A stretch of 33,989 bases of DNA from a virus (IMGVR_UViG_3300045999_010702:1-33989); one strand, 5' to 3'. Shown: positions 7,162 to 16,712, counted from the stretch's first letter. Program-made: numbers and translations. Notes: generated from the letters alone by a model not told the origin.

Positions 7162-9771
7162 TCAAGTGATACTTACGTGAGACTCATGGGGTTCCAATTG
7201 CTCAAGCGGCACAAGGGTGGCTCGAGACGCTCCCATGCCCTTAAAACGAATTGGCGAGCTCGCTGCGGATGCTCCCGGCACCCTCCGAAGAGCTTGTCGA
7301 TATGCATTCCCTGCCCATGGCGTGTCCTTCAAAATCGCCTGCAAATTCGTGCTGCTATTCGCAATAGCAAGCTCTCGGTGCATGGCCCGCAGCCCATAGC
7401 GACCGAGAATGGTTTCAATTTCATCCGATGCCTGGTCCCTGCCCGGCAGCGCATAAACGACCCCTCGCCTGGCGAGCTGGATCAGCTCCATCACGCTCAT
7501 GCGCTTGCCCCCTTCAACCTGGATCAGGTGCTGGAGCACGTAGTTGAGGCACTTGTTCTCGTCGGCGTCTTCAGCGTCGATTTCGCGCGACTGCCAGTCC
7601 ATCTGATCGATCCACTGAAGGGCTTGCTCGAGCGACAGCTCTCCCCCGCCGTCCGGCTCAAGGCTCCAGGCTCCAGCGAGGAGGGTGCCGTACTGATCAC
7701 CAAAGCGCTGGCCAAAGCGTCGTGACAAAGCAGTGGCGAGGGTGCGGGCGTTTTTGCGGATGGTGGGGATGTGCTTAAGGGTGCGAGCCACGAGAAGCCT
7801 GCCGTTCTCTTCGGTGCAGGTATCGAGGATCTCCTGCTCGAATTCAGCCCAGTCGTCTCGCTTGGTCTCATCGCGTCTCAAGCTGAGAACACAGAAGCGA
7901 TCGAGGTCAGCCCGCTGCACCAAAGCGACGTTGATCGAGGAAACGCAGAACATGGAGCGGATCTCGAAGGTGTTGGATCCGCCGGTTGCGGTGCCTTTAT
8001 AGATCTTTCCGCCTTCTGAAGACGCGATCCGGGCCAGCGAAAGAATGTTCTGAACAATTTGCTTATCTTTTTGTTCGTTCTGCTCGAGTTCGTCAAAGAC
8101 GATGGGGATGGCGTCAGATCTGAGTTGACCGCGCAGGCCGGCTTCGGTGGTGCCGCCGGTAGCGCCTTCAAACATGCCACCGAGGAGTGGCTTCATAAAG
8201 GTTTTGAGGATGGTGGTCTTACCGGTGCCAGCGCCACCAGTGATCCATATATGAGGTCTCCAGGTCAGCGCACCACAGACCGGCGCAAGAACGATCCAGC
8301 CGAGGAGGAGCTGAGCGGATGCGGGAGTTTCCCAGCGGAAGCGTTCGGCGATATTGGCGATGGAGCGAGCGAGATCGTCTAAGAGGGCATCGGAGCCTGG
8401 GCCATCAATGGCTTTGGCGTTTTCGTAGAAGTAGTAGCTGCGGAAAGAGCTGGGAAGCTTGGTGATGGCGGACGAGGTGCCATCGATCACGAGTCGATTG
8501 CCGAGGTGAAGGATGACGCGATCTGCATCGGCCCATGCACCGCGACCGCGCACGCGGGAGGGATCGTAGATGCCTTGCGCCATGCAGGTACGCATGATGT
8601 GATTAGCAGCCGAGTCCCAGTCGATTCGTCCCTTTTCGTCGGCGAAACCATCAATCCACCATTGGATGTCCGCTAGCTGAAAGAAGTGATTTTTGTTGTG
8701 CTGTGCGGCAGTTAGGGAGAGAACTTGGCAGGACTCGCGTGGGAGGTAGAAGTAGGTGCCGCGATCATGACCGAGGAGGAGGAAGGGAAGTGTGGAGCCA
8801 GCGGGAGGTGCTTCGGGTTCAGCGGCTGCTTGCTTGAGGGCTGGCGGTGGCTCGATGACTCGCTTGGGTTGGCGGTAACCGTCTTTGCGAGCCCAGTACC
8901 AGAAGGAGGCAGCGTTGATGCGATTGAAGGTTGATGCGGCGACCTGATCGATTTCAGCGAAGAGCGGGCTGTGGCGCTTCATGAGGCGCTTGGCATCTTC
9001 GACGGTGCCACCTGCTTCTTCGCAGGCTTTGATGAGAGCCCAGAGCAAATTCCGATAAAAGGGATATTTTTTAGTCTTAGGAATAGCGGCGGGGATGTGA
9101 TTCAGCGCTTTCTCGATTTCAGCAAGATCTTGCTTTTCGTACTGCGTAAATGATTGTGCTTGCTGGATTTCTTGCTGGAGTTCTTCGGTGGGTATGGCGG
9201 AATCAAGTTGATCGTATGTGTAGTACTTTTCAGAGTTGTGGATAATGCTTACCTGATCAGATAAAGCACCGGAACCATCTGCATAGAAAGTACCTGGCAG
9301 TCTTAGAACACGCGAAAGATTTCGTGTCGTTTGATCTGCTTGTGTGTATTCGAGCAGGCGAGCTTGAAGTGGTAGCCACTGATCTGGTGAGATCGTGTCG
9401 CTGAAGATCCAGTAATTGTGAATTGATTTGCCGCCTGTTGCGACTTGGAGCGTTGGCTCTGGAAGGCCGAGCTCTTGCCAGGCTGTGATCTGCCATTCGA
9501 CAGGGCGATCGTCCCATTCGCAGAAGATTGCGCGGCAATGGGTGATGTCGCTGTCTTTGTCGCCCCCGTCATTGATGACGACGTAAATGCCGCGACCCTC
9601 TTGCTGCCACTGTTGGATGAGTGCTGGATCGGGGCCGCCCTTGCGACCGGAGTCTCCTTGCTTGGCGGGGTTTTCGGAATGGTAAAAAGCACGCAGGCGG
9701 ATGGCACCTGCGGGCTTGCGCAGTGCGCGAATGAAGGCGCGTGCCTCATCGCGATCAAATTGTTTTTGCAT
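7162..9771 (-). CDS. Primase-helicase (RepB-like AEP primase + PriCT-like domain + P-loop helicase)
   Basis: GIYVVIN, FCEWDD, TGGKSIHNYW and SRVLRLPG primase motifs; GGAGTGKT Walker A; IVFDELE Walker B. Confidence 0.9.
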   Translation of the reverse strand: MQKQFDRDEARAFIRALRKPAGAIRLRAFYHSENPAKQGDSGRKGGPDPALIQQWQQEGRGIYVVINDGGDKDSDITHCRAIFCEWDDRPVEWQITAWQELGLPEPTLQVATGGKSIHNYWIFSDTISPDQWLPLQARLLEYTQADQTTRNLSRVLRLPGTFYADGSGALSDQVSIIHNSEKYYTYDQLDSAIPTEELQQEIQQAQSFTQYEKQDLAEIEKALNHIPAAIPKTKKYPFYRNLLWALIKACEEAGGTVEDAKRLMKRHSPLFAEIDQVAASTFNRINAASFWYWARKDGYRQPKRVIEPPPALKQAAAEPEAPPAGSTLPFLLLGHDRGTYFYLPRESCQVLSLTAAQHNKNHFFQLADIQWWIDGFADEKGRIDWDSAANHIMRTCMAQGIYDPSRVRGRGAWADADRVILHLGNRLVIDGTSSAITKLPSSFRSYYFYENAKAIDGPGSDALLDDLARSIANIAERFRWETPASAQLLLGWIVLAPVCGALTWRPHIWITGGAGTGKTTILKTFMKPLLGGMFEGATGGTTEAGLRGQLRSDAIPIVFDELEQNEQKDKQIVQNILSLARIASSEGGKIYKGTATGGSNTFEIRSMFCVSSINVALVQRADLDRFCVLSLRRDETKRDDWAEFEQEILDTCTEENGRLLVARTLKHIPTIRKNARTLATALSRRFGQRFGDQYGTLLAGAWSLEPDGGGELSLEQALQWIDQMDWQSREIDAEDADENKCLNYVLQHLIQVEGGKRMSVMELIQLARRGVVYALPGRDQASDEIETILGRYGLRAMHRELAIANSSTNLQAILKDTPWAGNAYRQALRRVPGASAASSPIRFKGMGASRATLVPLEQLEPHESHVSIT

Positions 9772-9911
9772 TACTTAAGGGTAGGTATGGCGGCCTTCAT
9801 GGCCTGATCGATAAGACGGCGGATGAGGGCAGATCGTGTATCGATGTCGCCAGCTTGGCGGTCAAGCCAGGCGACTTGGCGTTCGGGGAGTCGGATGCTG
9901 AGTGGCTTCAA
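9771..9911 (-). CDS. Ribbon-helix-helix (CopG-like) regulator
   Basis: KPLSIRLPERQVAWLD...TRSALIRRLIDQAM. TTG 9911 chosen as start; ATG 9977 is the alternative. Coupled to the primase start. Confidence 0.7.
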   Translation of the reverse strand: MKPLSIRLPERQVAWLDRQAGDIDTRSALIRRLIDQAMKAAIPTLK

Positions 9912-9990
9912 GCGGTAAGGGCGGCTCAGGCGGCATCGTAGCCGGTCCGCGAGCTTTGTGTTACGTTTCGGAGGCATTGTATTTCAACGT

Positions 9991-10719
9991 ATGGCGGCAA
10001 GACGCCAAAAACCCTGCCCACCACTAGCCGGAAGGCAGTGGAAGGCTTATCGGGACTACGAAGCCCACATGAACCAGATCCGCAAGCAGGCCGAGCCAGG
10101 CATGCCGCTGGAGGGGGACGAGCTTGACTACGCGATGGCCTACCTCAGGTGGCACGAGGAGTGGGAGGAGCATCTTGCGACTCACGGCGAACCGGAGGCA
10201 GTGTTTGTTGAACTTAATCTTGATGTCCCTCCATATCGAGACAAAACTGATCAGCATCAGTTTTGGGTTCACTATGGGGATGGCGACAGTGAAGTTTTTT
10301 CTTATAAGCTTGATCGAAGTTTGTTTGGTTACGCCGATAGCGGATCGCTTGACAGGAGGCGAAAGCTAAGAGATATCAAACTGGCTGCGAGACACATTAT
10401 TCGCCCTCTGCATGAAGAGTTAAAGCATCGCAGTGTCCTGACAGGTGACCTTGATGTTCATCACGATAAGGAAAGCTTTCAATCTTTGCTTTTTAGGTTT
10501 TTCTGGGATGAGCTTGGCGTAAGGTCGCTGGGGGAGATTTCTGTCTGCGATTTAGATAGCATCGGCACAAAGCGATTTACTCCAGAGCAAGTTGCACAGG
10601 CTTGGTATGCCTTTCACGAGCGTGAGGCCACCTTGGTCGTGATGACCAAGCAGGAGCACCAGGCTTGGCATTCCGCTCACGGCAAGGATGCCGACGCCGA
10701 CTGGGATCTGCTATTATAG
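9991..10719 (+). CDS. DCL/DUF3223-like domain fused to an HNH-like His-rich domain
   Basis: FWVHYGDGDSEVFSYK resembles the DCL motif F.v.r.DG..edFSY.K; followed by DVHHDKESF and WYAFHEREATLVVMTKQEH. Confidence 0.55.
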   Translation: MAARRQKPCPPLAGRQWKAYRDYEAHMNQIRKQAEPGMPLEGDELDYAMAYLRWHEEWEEHLATHGEPEAVFVELNLDVPPYRDKTDQHQFWVHYGDGDSEVFSYKLDRSLFGYADSGSLDRRRKLRDIKLAARHIIRPLHEELKHRSVLTGDLDVHHDKESFQSLLFRFFWDELGVRSLGEISVCDLDSIGTKRFTPEQVAQAWYAFHEREATLVVMTKQEHQAWHSAHGKDADADWDLLL

Positions 10720-10742
10720 AAAAAATTATCCTTATTTTTGCC

Positions 10743-12140
10743 ATGCTTCGCCCCCACCAAGAGAAAGCCATCGCCGATGTCCGCGCTGCTTATGCAAGCG
10801 GCCGGCGAGCGCCGATTCTCTGTGCGCCGACTGGTGCTGGCAAGACCTTTACTGCGGCTGAGATTATCCGCTCGGCCGTTGCGAAGGGCAATCGGGTTTG
10901 GTTTCTGGCGCACCTCAGGGAAATCCTTGAGGACACGTCAAGCAGACTGAAGCGCGCTGATATTTCGCATGGCTTCATCATGTCCGGTAAGCCACGGAAT
11001 TTATATGAGCAGGTGCAGGTGGTTTCGGTACAGACGGCGATGCGCAGATCGTTTTCAATTAAGCCTGGGCTGATTATCGTTGATGAGTGCCACCTTGCGG
11101 TTGCGAGCACGTATCGCAAGGTGATTGAAGCTGCAGGTAATCCGCCGATCTTGGGGCTGACTGGTACGCCATGCAGGCTCGATGGCAAGGGGCTGGGGGA
11201 GATGTTTGATTGCATCATCCCCACTTGTAGTACTGGTGACTTGATTGGCGATGGCATGCTGTCACCGATCAAGTATTTCGCGCCAAGTAAGCCTGACCTA
11301 AGCGAGATCAGGACCAGGGGCGGAGATTATGCGCTGGATCAACTTGAGGAGCTTGTTGATCGCAACGTGATTACAGGTAATGCAGTGCAGCATTACCGCA
11401 AGATGTGCAGCGGCAAGCCAGCGGTGGCATTTTGTGTGAGCATCAAACATGCCGAGCATGTTGCCGATTCTTTTAGGCGAGCGGGGTATCGAGCGGTTTC
11501 GGTGTCTGGTAAGTCAACCAACGATGAGCGAAAGTTTGCGCTGGAAGGGTTGCGGACGGGGCAGCTTGATGTGGTGTGCAACGCGCAGCTATGGGTAGCA
11601 GGTGTGGATGTACCTGGGATCGAGTGCATTATTTTGCTGCGGCCGACGAAGAGTTTGACGTTTTATTTGCAGGCAATTGGTCGGGGGCTAAGGCTGGCAC
11701 CAGGGAAGGAGCATTGCACAGTGCTTGATCATGCTGGGTGCGTATTTGAGCACGGGATGCCTGATATACAGCGTGAGTGGAGCTTGGAGGGAAGGAAGAA
11801 GAAAAAGAAATCAGATGCGCCTGCGGTGAAGCAGTGTCCGATGTGTTTTGGGGTGCATGAACCAGCGCCAGTGTGTCCGATGTGCGGACATATTTATACG
11901 ACGATTCAGCGTAATGGTCCGCAACAGGTTGATGGTGAGCTGGTGGAATTTACGATGCGAGAAGCGGCCGCGTTGGAGAGATCGGAGGTTAAGAGTAAGC
12001 AAAAAGAGCAAGCATCAGCGCGAACTTTGGCAGAATTGGAAGCGATCGCCCGCGATAGGGGATACAAACCAGGATGGGCGCGTCGCGTGATGGCTGCACG
12101 GGAGGCGAAGCGAGCCGCCGCGAGTGGAATACTCCGGTGA
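10743..12140 (+). CDS. Superfamily II DEAH helicase (RadD/UvsW-like) with C-terminal Zn finger
   Basis: LRPHQ, APTGAGKT, DECH, GLTGTP, GVDVP, QAIGRGLR and CPMC..CPMC motifs. Confidence 0.95.
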   Translation: MLRPHQEKAIADVRAAYASGRRAPILCAPTGAGKTFTAAEIIRSAVAKGNRVWFLAHLREILEDTSSRLKRADISHGFIMSGKPRNLYEQVQVVSVQTAMRRSFSIKPGLIIVDECHLAVASTYRKVIEAAGNPPILGLTGTPCRLDGKGLGEMFDCIIPTCSTGDLIGDGMLSPIKYFAPSKPDLSEIRTRGGDYALDQLEELVDRNVITGNAVQHYRKMCSGKPAVAFCVSIKHAEHVADSFRRAGYRAVSVSGKSTNDERKFALEGLRTGQLDVVCNAQLWVAGVDVPGIECIILLRPTKSLTFYLQAIGRGLRLAPGKEHCTVLDHAGCVFEHGMPDIQREWSLEGRKKKKKSDAPAVKQCPMCFGVHEPAPVCPMCGHIYTTIQRNGPQQVDGELVEFTMREAAALERSEVKSKQKEQASARTLAELEAIARDRGYKPGWARRVMAAREAKRAAASGILR

Positions 12141-12307
12141 GAGCCCCATGGAACACGCTGATCAAGGAAGCGCTACAGGGTGTCGACCGTCATAACTGTG
12201 CGTATTTCGAAACAGGTGATGCTAGGCACATACACCTAGCGGCGAGGTTGCGTAACTATGTGATGGAGCTAAAGGTATTGATCCATGAGCTTGAAGCTGA
12301 TTCTTGA
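12137..12307 (+). CDS. Hypothetical protein
   Basis: GTG overlaps the helicase TGA (GTGA); RAPWNTLIKEALQGVDRHN. Confidence 0.6.
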   Translation: MRAPWNTLIKEALQGVDRHNCAYFETGDARHIHLAARLRNYVMELKVLIHELEADS

Positions 12308-12335
12308 GCTGTGCGCTGCTTATGTAGGCGTGTGT

Positions 12336-12632
12336 TCAGCTCTGCTCTGGATGGCGTGGTTGATTTTGCCCTAGCCATTGGACGATTGCCCATTCACGGG
12401 TATCGGTCCAGAAGTGCTGAGTGCGATACCAGGTAATCCAGTCGCGATGGCCCTTGGAGGAATTGCAAGCGAGACAGCAGGAGATGACGTTGTGGAGTTC
12501 TGCTGAGCCGCCGAGTGCTTTTGGGATGATGTGATCGAGAGTGCCGGAGCGACCAAGGGATTCGCCGCAGTAGGCGCATTCAAAGTTCCACGCGAGGTGG
12601 ATTTGATCGCGTTTACTTCGAGGAAGGCGCAT
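12336..12632 (-). CDS. HNH endonuclease
   Basis: CAYC...TLDHIIPKALGG...N..SCCLACNSSKG. Confidence 0.9.
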   Translation of the reverse strand: MRLPRSKRDQIHLAWNFECAYCGESLGRSGTLDHIIPKALGGSAELHNVISCCLACNSSKGHRDWITWYRTQHFWTDTREWAIVQWLGQNQPRHPEQS

Positions 12633-12798
12633 CGTCCCAGCGCGGAAGGACGAATACGCCTACGTCTAAGTCGATGATGTCGTCATCATCGTGGATGAAT
12701 TCCGAGAGCTGTGAATAGATGTTGGCGGGCAGCTCATCTGCGGGGGTGTCACTGCGGACGATGACTTTGGCGTTGATTTCAACGAGGTGCGCTTGCAT
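12613..12798 (-). CDS. Small acidic hypothetical protein
   Basis: ATG 12798 (MQAHLVEINAK) avoids overlap with VRR-NUC; a GCTACCGT -10-like element lies upstream. Confidence 0.55.
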   Translation of the reverse strand: MQAHLVEINAKVIVRSDTPADELPANIYSQLSEFIHDDDDIIDLDVGVFVLPRWDDAPSSK

Positions 12799-12850
12799 GC
12801 ACCGACCGCAACTTGCCTTACGGTAGCGAGAGGTACAGGCACGGCTCGGA

Positions 12851-13228
12851 GTGAGCGAGACTGCGATACAGCAGCGAATCAGGTTGGCGCTGGGGAGGCT
12901 CCCGTATCTCAGATTGTTTCGCAATAATTGCGGCAAATTACCGGATCCAAGGACTGGGCGGTGGGTTGAGTTTGGTGTTGGCAATCCTGGTGGCGGCGAC
13001 CTGCTGGGGTGGCGCACGGTTGAGGTGACGCCCGAGATGGTGGGTCAGCGGGTGGCTGTCTTTACGAGTATTGAGGTGAAGACGCCGAGCGGGAGGCTGC
13101 GGCCGGAGCAGGAGCAGTGGCTGAAGGTGGTGCGTGCTGCGGGTGGGATAGCGGGTGTGGCACGGAGCGTGGAGGATGCAGAGACGTTGGTGCGACAAAA
13201 TCTTCACATTGGCGACTCAGTGTCTTGA
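12851..13228 (+). CDS. VRR-NUC domain nuclease (putative resolvase)
   Basis: MSETAIQQRI, FRNNCG, GGGDLLG, IEVKTPSGR..PEQ..W and GGIAGVARSVEDA motifs. Confidence 0.9.
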   Translation: MSETAIQQRIRLALGRLPYLRLFRNNCGKLPDPRTGRWVEFGVGNPGGGDLLGWRTVEVTPEMVGQRVAVFTSIEVKTPSGRLRPEQEQWLKVVRAAGGIAGVARSVEDAETLVRQNLHIGDSVS

Positions 13229-13428
13229 TTTCGTCGTGTCCACTCGTCTTGAGTCCATTGCTCCTGCATGGCGCTGAGCTGAATTTGAGCGAGTCGAGCA
13301 AAGCGACTGAGTGCTAGGACCATCTCCTCCGCTTCGTGGCTGCTGGTGTCGTCTGCGAGGGCAGGGAGGTGCTGCGCGATCCATGCGTCGAGGTCACGCT
13401 TAGCGCTGAAGACGAGCTGGTGGTACAC
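13204..13428 (-). CDS. Hypothetical protein
   Basis: GTG-start ORF filling the gap, with plausible helical composition. Confidence 0.45.
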   Translation of the reverse strand: MYHQLVFSAKRDLDAWIAQHLPALADDTSSHEAEEMVLALSRFARLAQIQLSAMQEQWTQDEWTRRNQDTESPM

Positions 13429-13533
13429 AAGGGCAATGCGACTGCATTACCTATTGCCGACCCGGATTATGCGCGACATTGCGCTTAAGCCAGATTTGGG
13501 GTAGGCTTTGGGAGCCCTCGAGGTTTACCTCTT

Positions 13534-13761
13534 ATGGATTGGACTGAGATTTTGGAGCGCGGCGGGGTGCCGGAATCCCCTGGCCGCGCAGAGGTGTTGC
13601 GACGGCTGAAGGAGGAGCGGCAGTTTGTCGCCACTGTTCGGAGCCGCTCAACGCAGCTTGTGAAGACGATCAAGCTTGAGGCGCGTGATTATGCGCATGC
13701 CTTGATCAAGGTGCGCGGCATGCTGGCTGGGCACACGTTGGTGCGGTTGTCGGAGGATTGA
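13534..13761 (+). CDS. Hypothetical protein
   Basis: MDWTEILERGGVPESPGR; first gene of the rightward operon. Confidence 0.65.
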   Translation: MDWTEILERGGVPESPGRAEVLRRLKEERQFVATVRSRSTQLVKTIKLEARDYAHALIKVRGMLAGHTLVRLSED

Positions 13762-13763
13762 CC

Positions 13764-13898
13764 ATGAACGCACGTCAGATTGGTGATCTTTGCTCGTTGG
13801 TGATCGCGGCATGGGCATTCGCGATGATCGGGCTTGAGGTTGGTGCGCATCACGCCCCCACCCATAGCGGAACGCAGGAGGTGGTGCGGCATGACTGA
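13764..13898 (+). CDS. Small membrane peptide (not in ORF track)
   Basis: MNARQIGDLCSLVIAAWAFAMIGLEVGAHHAPTHSGTQEVVRHD; GGAGG upstream; overlaps the next ATG. Confidence 0.55.
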   Translation: MNARQIGDLCSLVIAAWAFAMIGLEVGAHHAPTHSGTQEVVRHD

Positions 13899-14052
13899 TA
13901 TCCCGATCAGCGAGCAGTTCTGCGCAACGTGTCGGTATTGGCGGGAGCAGGAATGCAGGCGTTATGGACCTTTGATTGATCCTGACTGGGAGCAAGGCTG
14001 CTGGCCGCCCACGGAAGCCACCGACTGGTGCGGGGAGTGGGTTAGCAAATGA
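13891..14052 (+). CDS. Small four-Cys protein
   Basis: CATCRYW...CRR..P...WP.T...DWCGEW. Confidence 0.65.
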   Translation: MTDIPISEQFCATCRYWREQECRRYGPLIDPDWEQGCWPPTEATDWCGEWVSK

Positions 14053-14195
14053 GTGACCGCCGTTTCGTATTTGCTTTCCCGGCGCTGAACCTTTACGAGG
14101 TGATTATGGCCGTGACTGCGGTTGAAGCCAGGCACAAGCTGATGAATTCAAGCCTTGCGCCTTTTTACGGACAGGCAGTGCTGCTGAACCCATGA
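14049..14195 (+). CDS. Small hypothetical protein (not in ORF track)
   Basis: MSDRRFVFAFPALNLYEVI..., with ATGA overlaps at both ends. Confidence 0.55.
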   Translation: MSDRRFVFAFPALNLYEVIMAVTAVEARHKLMNSSLAPFYGQAVLLNP

Positions 14196-14560
14196 AGCAA
14201 CGCATTTCGCTGATCAAGGAAGACCGTATTTGGGATCTTCGCTTGCAGGGGTATGACTACGATTCCATCTCGCGAATTGTAAATGTGCATCCATCGCTGA
14301 CTGGTGTAATTCGTCGCATTCGTCGGCGCCCACCATTGGATCAAGATCCAATCAAGCGGGGACGCAAGACGGGGTGGATGTCTGACGCGCAGATCGATGA
14401 GATCAAGCGCAGGCGGGCAGGTGGCGAGACGTTGCTATCGATTGCTAGATCATTTGATGTCAGCGAAAGCTGCATCTGTGACATTTGCAAGGGTAGGACG
14501 TATCGCGAACCTGAAAGCAAAGGTTATAGCTTCGATTTTTCTAATCGCTTACGCCGATGA
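14192..14560 (+). CDS. Double HTH DNA-binding protein
   Basis: GYDYDSISRIVNV and GETLLSIARSFDVSESCICDICKGRTY. Confidence 0.7.
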   Translation: MKQRISLIKEDRIWDLRLQGYDYDSISRIVNVHPSLTGVIRRIRRRPPLDQDPIKRGRKTGWMSDAQIDEIKRRRAGGETLLSIARSFDVSESCICDICKGRTYREPESKGYSFDFSNRLRR

Positions 14561-15225
14561 ATTTACTAATTGTTGACACGGAGACCACTGGTCTCACGCC
14601 TGCTGATGCGCGTTGCATTGAAGTGGGTGGAATTTTGTTTAGCGTTGATGAGCGTGCTGTTTTAGGGCAGTGCTCGTTTTTGCTGCCAACGGATGAGAAT
14701 CCAGTTGCGCACATCAATGGGATCAGGGCGGAGCTGACCAAACGGCCGCAAGCTGCCAGGGCTGGCATGGAGTATTTCTATGCGATGGCGAAACAGGCTG
14801 ATTACATCATGGCTCATAACACTGAGTTTGATCGGCAATGGTTTGGTCACGGCTCGCTGCCTGCGCTCGGTCAGCAGTGGATCTGCACGATGGATGACAT
14901 CGAGTGGCCGCGTGTCACGCGCAGTCGCCCTGCTGTAACGCACCTTGCGCTTGCCTATGGCGTACCGGTGTGGGCAGCGCACCGTGCGTTAACCGATTGC
15001 ATTTACCTGGCACAGGTGATGGAACGCGAGCCTGATTTGGAGCTGCTGATTACGCAAGCGCTGGAGCCGAAGCGGTTGTATATGGCGATGGTGAGTTACG
15101 ACGACCGTCAAAAAGCGAAGGATGCTGGGTTTAGGTGGGATGGTGAGCAGCGGCGTTGGCTGCGAAAGATGCGTGAGTCGAAGGTGGCTGAGCTGCAGTT
15201 TGGCGTGCGGGAGGTGGCGGCATGA
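14557..15225 (+). CDS. DEDDh 3'-5' exonuclease (DnaQ/epsilon-like)
   Basis: VDTETTG, HINGI, AHNTEFD and AHRALTD motifs. Confidence 0.9.
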   Translation: MNLLIVDTETTGLTPADARCIEVGGILFSVDERAVLGQCSFLLPTDENPVAHINGIRAELTKRPQAARAGMEYFYAMAKQADYIMAHNTEFDRQWFGHGSLPALGQQWICTMDDIEWPRVTRSRPAVTHLALAYGVPVWAAHRALTDCIYLAQVMEREPDLELLITQALEPKRLYMAMVSYDDRQKAKDAGFRWDGEQRRWLRKMRESKVAELQFGVREVAA

Positions 15226-15416
15226 GCAAGGGGACTGAGTTGATGAAGACCTGCGCTGATGTGCTGGGTTTTAAAGGCCGCTTCTTTTTGCTTGCATGCG
15301 GCATTATTGGATTGTTTTTCCCTGGACTTGTGGGTTACTGCCTGTTGAAGGGCGTTGCCAAGGGATTAAAGGATGTTGATATCCAGCAGATGCTGGAGGA
15401 GCTGGCTGATGATTAG
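15222..15416 (+). CDS. Small membrane protein
   Basis: Hydrophobic segment FFLLACGIIGLFFPGLVGYCLL; ATGA overlap. Confidence 0.6.
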   Translation: MSKGTELMKTCADVLGFKGRFFLLACGIIGLFFPGLVGYCLLKGVAKGLKDVDIQQMLEELADD

Positions 15417-15437
15417 TTCTACACACTTCTCTTTCTC

Positions 15438-15638
15438 ATGACTGACCTTCCCTTTCTTGACCTCAAGGTTTCCAACCCGTGTCCAACAATCGTTTACTCG
15501 CCAACGAAAGTTGTCTGTCCCAAGCACGGCACACACCCTCATACGATCAGCAGCACTATCCCTGGCCATGAAGGCACTTGGTGCATGTTGTGCGCTTTGG
15601 AACAACTACATCCTCCGCTTCCTACAACTAATGACTGA
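15438..15638 (+). CDS. Small Zn-binding protein (array gene)
   Basis: CPKHG...WCMLC. Confidence 0.6.
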   Translation: MTDLPFLDLKVSNPCPTIVYSPTKVVCPKHGTHPHTISSTIPGHEGTWCMLCALEQLHPPLPTTND

Positions 15639-15990
15639 CCGACACCCGATTACTCCGCCTGCTGAGCTGGTCAAGCAATGGCTTGGCACCTATTTCAGCA
15701 CCACTATTACTGGTGAAGTGAGCGATGTTGAGCTTACTCTTGCCGCCCAAGCCGCCCGCTGGGGAGCTGATCAGGAGCTGGAGGCGTGCTTGCAATGGTT
15801 TTCTGCGTTTTATTGCATGGAGACTTGGATGCAAAAGGATTTGGAAAAGTTTCGCACCGCCCGCCGCCCCAAGCCGCCGAGCTTGAAGGAGCAGGCGCTG
15901 CAAGCATTGGCGGAGCTTGCGGCTGAGTGTTACGGCAATACCGATCAGTCAGATACCATCCGCCGCGCACTGGAGAAACTCGATGACTGA
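15631..15990 (+). CDS. Hypothetical protein (array gene)
   Basis: MTDRHPITPPAELVKQW...AARWGADQELEAC...ARRPKPPSLKEQAL...TIRRALE; ATG 15631 chosen. Confidence 0.7.
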   Translation: MTDRHPITPPAELVKQWLGTYFSTTITGEVSDVELTLAAQAARWGADQELEACLQWFSAFYCMETWMQKDLEKFRTARRPKPPSLKEQALQALAELAAECYGNTDQSDTIRRALEKLDD

Positions 15991-16345
15991 CTTTCGTGCC
16001 CTGTGCGTTGAGCTAACCGACTGCCTTGAAAAAGCCGATTGGCCGCATCGCTACAAAGATGTGTTTCAGCAGTGGACGGACATCGCTCACGCTGCCTTGG
16101 CTGAATCAGATGGACCGGCTGTGTCCGACGACAGGGAGCCGGCCTCTGTCACTGACACGCTAACTCATCAACTTCACCGTCGAGCCACAGTCCTGTTGAT
16201 TCGCAAGGTGATCGACCAAGCCCTGCGCGACACCGCCTCAGTTCACTGGCGGGTGGCTGATACCGGTGAGCAACTTGTCCGCGCTAGCGATCTAGTGGCA
16301 TGGGCAGACCACATGGAAGAGCAAATGAGGCAGCTTAGTGACTAA
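15983..16345 (+). CDS. Hypothetical protein (array gene)
   Basis: MTDFRALCVEL start, paralogous to the gene at 16384. Confidence 0.65.
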   Translation: MTDFRALCVELTDCLEKADWPHRYKDVFQQWTDIAHAALAESDGPAVSDDREPASVTDTLTHQLHRRATVLLIRKVIDQALRDTASVHWRVADTGEQLVRASDLVAWADHMEEQMRQLSD

Positions 16346-16383
16346 CACAAACCTCAAGCCCACATGTCAACATCACTACCACC

Positions 16384-16689
16384 ATGACCGATTACAAACA
16401 ACTGTGCGCTGAGTTGATTGACGCTATTGACAGTGGCATCCCAACAGAGCGGATGCACTTAAGCCCTGTGATGATTCAGGCCCGCGTCGCCTTAGCCGAG
16501 CCCGAGCCGGAGGGGCCGACGCGACCCATCCCAGTGAGCGAGCGCTTGCCAGGTGATCAACTGTGCTGGTGGTACGAGCCTGATGAAGAGGACGGCTATG
16601 GCGGCATGTGGACATTGCTCCGCATCCGTGGCGGCACAGCTTGCTACAGCCACTGGCTTCCTGCCGACGCTTTGCCCCTACCAGATTAG
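16384..16689 (+). CDS. DUF551-like hypothetical protein (array gene)
   Basis: MTDYKQLCAEL...PIPVSERLP...SHWLP. Confidence 0.7.
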   Translation: MTDYKQLCAELIDAIDSGIPTERMHLSPVMIQARVALAEPEPEGPTRPIPVSERLPGDQLCWWYEPDEEDGYGGMWTLLRIRGGTACYSHWLPADALPLPD

Positions 16690-16712
16690 TCCGATCAACC
16701 TCTGCGTTTGCC

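Noticed and set aside
7144-9807. Plus-strand ORFs antisense to the primase-helicase (e.g. 7144-7725)
   Set aside because: Shadow frames with no recognisable motifs.
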